Positions 20,690 to 22,033 of a stretch of 22,033 bases of DNA are shown here, piece after piece. The translations under genes and the position numbers were made by a program. Each line of letters starts with the position of its first letter. Position 1 is the first letter of the stretch. Below the pieces are notes generated by a model. That model saw only the letters and a list, made by a program, of their open reading frames with translations. It was not told the DNA's origin and did not search any database. This DNA comes from a virus. Taxonomy: Duplodnaviria > Heunggongvirae > Uroviricota > Caudoviricetes. The stretch lies in IMG/VR virus record IMGVR_UViG_3300034126_000013; one strand, 5' to 3'.

Positions 20690-21079
20690 TTATTTCATTT
20701 CTTTTTGAAGTTGACCAATTTTAGCGAACATCCGAATTGCATCATTTACAGACAGGAAAGTATTAGGGTCTTCCAGTACACCTTTCACGCTATTAGCGGC
20801 AGAACATACAGCAATTACATTCCCACGTACATATCCCTTGTTACTATCAACCCGCTCAATCGTCAGGTCCGCATTAACAGGATGGCCTTGTTTGTGTAGT
20901 GTAAGTGGAATACCAGTATAAGCGCAACGCTTTTTCAACAACAGATTACGAAATTCATTCAGAGTCAAAGCGAAGTCGATCCCACGGCTTTTGGCGTTGT
21001 CAACCTTACCGCGATATTTATTTGCCACAAGCAATTCAAATTCAACGAGTGGCATATCTTGGATCATTTGCGCTTGCAT
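20690..21079 (-). CDS. beta-beta-alpha-Me/HNH-like protein resembling the T4 Srd family
   Basis: NKY..K..NAK.RGI.F.L...CAYTG...TIERVD..KGY..GNV..V...AN pattern, recognised from memory. Confidence 0.55.
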   Translation of the reverse strand: MQAQMIQDMPLVEFELLVANKYRGKVDNAKSRGIDFALTLNEFRNLLLKKRCAYTGIPLTLHKQGHPVNADLTIERVDSNKGYVRGNVIAVCSAANSVKGVLEDPNTFLSVNDAIRMFAKIGQLQKEMK

Positions 21080-21114
21080 TGTTCTGGTTCCCAGTACGTT
21101 AGTTGATGTTAGCT

Positions 21115-21143
21115 ATCTTGCCATAGACACCTGAGCTAGTCAA
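21115..21143 (-). promoter_or_regulatory. possible promoter overlapped by an inverted repeat
   Basis: TTGACT-N17-CAAGAT; arms TAGACAC (21124-30) and GTGTCTA (21144-50). Confidence 0.45.
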
Positions 21144-21168
21144 GTGTCTACAGTCAAAAATCTACATC

Positions 21169-21945
21169 TTATTTTGCGAGACGTTTAACGCCATGTTGTT
21201 GACCGAGTGCGTAGTCTAGCACAGCCTCTTCACGTTTCAAAGCTTCAATCTGTGCGTTCATTGCGGCTAGTTGACCTTCAATCTCGTTACGCTTCGCAAC
21301 CGTTTCAGCGTGCACAGTTAAGAACTCAGCTACTGTTCTTTCTGGTTGATCCAATGTCGGCAGAATGATGATGCGTCGCAAGTCAATAGAGCGTCGGTCG
21401 TCCTCAGTTCCACCCAATGGCATGAAGTAAGGATCAGTAGACCCATCGTCGTATTGTAGCACGAACAAATCACCATCCACAATACGTTGAACAACCGTAA
21501 CTTCTTTAACAATCCCGACACGCTTAGCAGGTGTCATTGATTGCGTTAGTTCATCATCCCACTGATTAGTCACATAGTCAACCAGTTCGCGAAGTTGTTG
21601 AACACGGTTCGCCCCGTAACCATCCGCCCACTTGTTCGAAAACTCACAGTAAGCATTTTCCGCTTCGTCTACCAAGCTTCGACCATCACGCGGCATAGGG
21701 TGATGCACAGGGTAATGATAGTTACCCGAGTAAGACGGTACACGACGGATTACGTTGTCTTTAACCATCGACAGAATGTTATCGTCTGCACTAGGAGGCG
21801 CGCAACGAGCAATGTTATCACAAATACCGTAACCGGTGTAAAACAAATCGCTATCGTTAGCGCCCGGATTAGCGCGGTAGGCTTCAGCACGCGACAACAT
21901 TGTAGTAAAGGTGGAAATTGCGTGCTGGTGATGAACGTTAGACAC
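21169..21945 (-). CDS. hypothetical protein with a C-terminal coiled coil
   Basis: 258 aa; SD AAGGAG; heptad-rich C-terminus. Confidence 0.85.
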   Translation of the reverse strand: MSNVHHQHAISTFTTMLSRAEAYRANPGANDSDLFYTGYGICDNIARCAPPSADDNILSMVKDNVIRRVPSYSGNYHYPVHHPMPRDGRSLVDEAENAYCEFSNKWADGYGANRVQQLRELVDYVTNQWDDELTQSMTPAKRVGIVKEVTVVQRIVDGDLFVLQYDDGSTDPYFMPLGGTEDDRRSIDLRRIIILPTLDQPERTVAEFLTVHAETVAKRNEIEGQLAAMNAQIEALKREEAVLDYALGQQHGVKRLAK

Positions 21946-21999
21946 TTGAAACTCCTTAGACTTGCACTTAGTGAGGTTGGTTTGTCTTGCTTGTGGCCC

Positions 22000-22027
22000 A
22001 TTCTATCAGAGTGAACCACGCTGTCAA
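22000..22027 (-). promoter_or_regulatory. early promoter (16-bp spacer class)
   Basis: TTGACA-N16-TAGAAT. Confidence 0.8.
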
Positions 22028-22033
22028 TGGTTT

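Noticed and set aside
617-22019. Antisense and alternate-frame ORFs in the track (e.g. 617-850, 2781-3059, 7210-7647, 10114-10377, 14038-14307, 17586-17891, 21595-22014)
   Set aside because: They overlap better-supported genes on the operon strand and lack SD sequences or motifs, so they are treated as shadow ORFs.
1-22033. tRNA, rRNA, integrase, transposase or CRISPR array
   Set aside because: No cloverleaf with T-loop/CCA, no recombinase motifs and no regular repeat-spacer pattern were seen by eye. tRNAscan-SE or ARAGORN would confirm.

Overview
The window is part of a lytic tailed-phage genome. No integrase, repressor cassette, tRNA, rRNA or CRISPR array is visible. It has three parts. 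(1) 1-10,566, + strand: a tightly packed, translationally coupled operon. It encodes a dCMP deaminase, ATP-dependent DNA ligase, SLOG-family protein, calcineurin-like metallophosphoesterase, Toprim-like protein, cupin, PD-(D/E)xK nuclease-like protein, GIY-YIG protein and HNH-AP2 endonuclease, plus many small hypotheticals, and ends at a double-hairpin terminator. (2) ~10,567-11,630: about 1 kb of non-coding DNA where the two arms converge. It is a candidate genome-terminus or terminal-repeat region. (3) 11,630-22,033, - strand: an early-gene region of about 35 tiny ORFs driven by an array of sigma70-type promoters, 11 of which have an exact 16-bp spacer. The standout observation is three chromosomal-type parS (ParB-binding) palindromes at 11060, 14380 and 15420, with no parB in the window. 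Two of them lie exactly 1 nt after a stop codon, and one is the core of a perfect 44-bp palindrome. The non-coding gap also holds Fur-, LexA- and IHF-like boxes. Three promoters start transcripts with the same unexplained hairpin motif (GGUG...CAAUCACCGA) and no evident ORF, suggesting a small-RNA family. A gammaproteobacterial host, probably Pseudomonas, is inferred from these motifs and the gene content. It is not proven. All protein assignments come from motif recognition by eye, without database searches.
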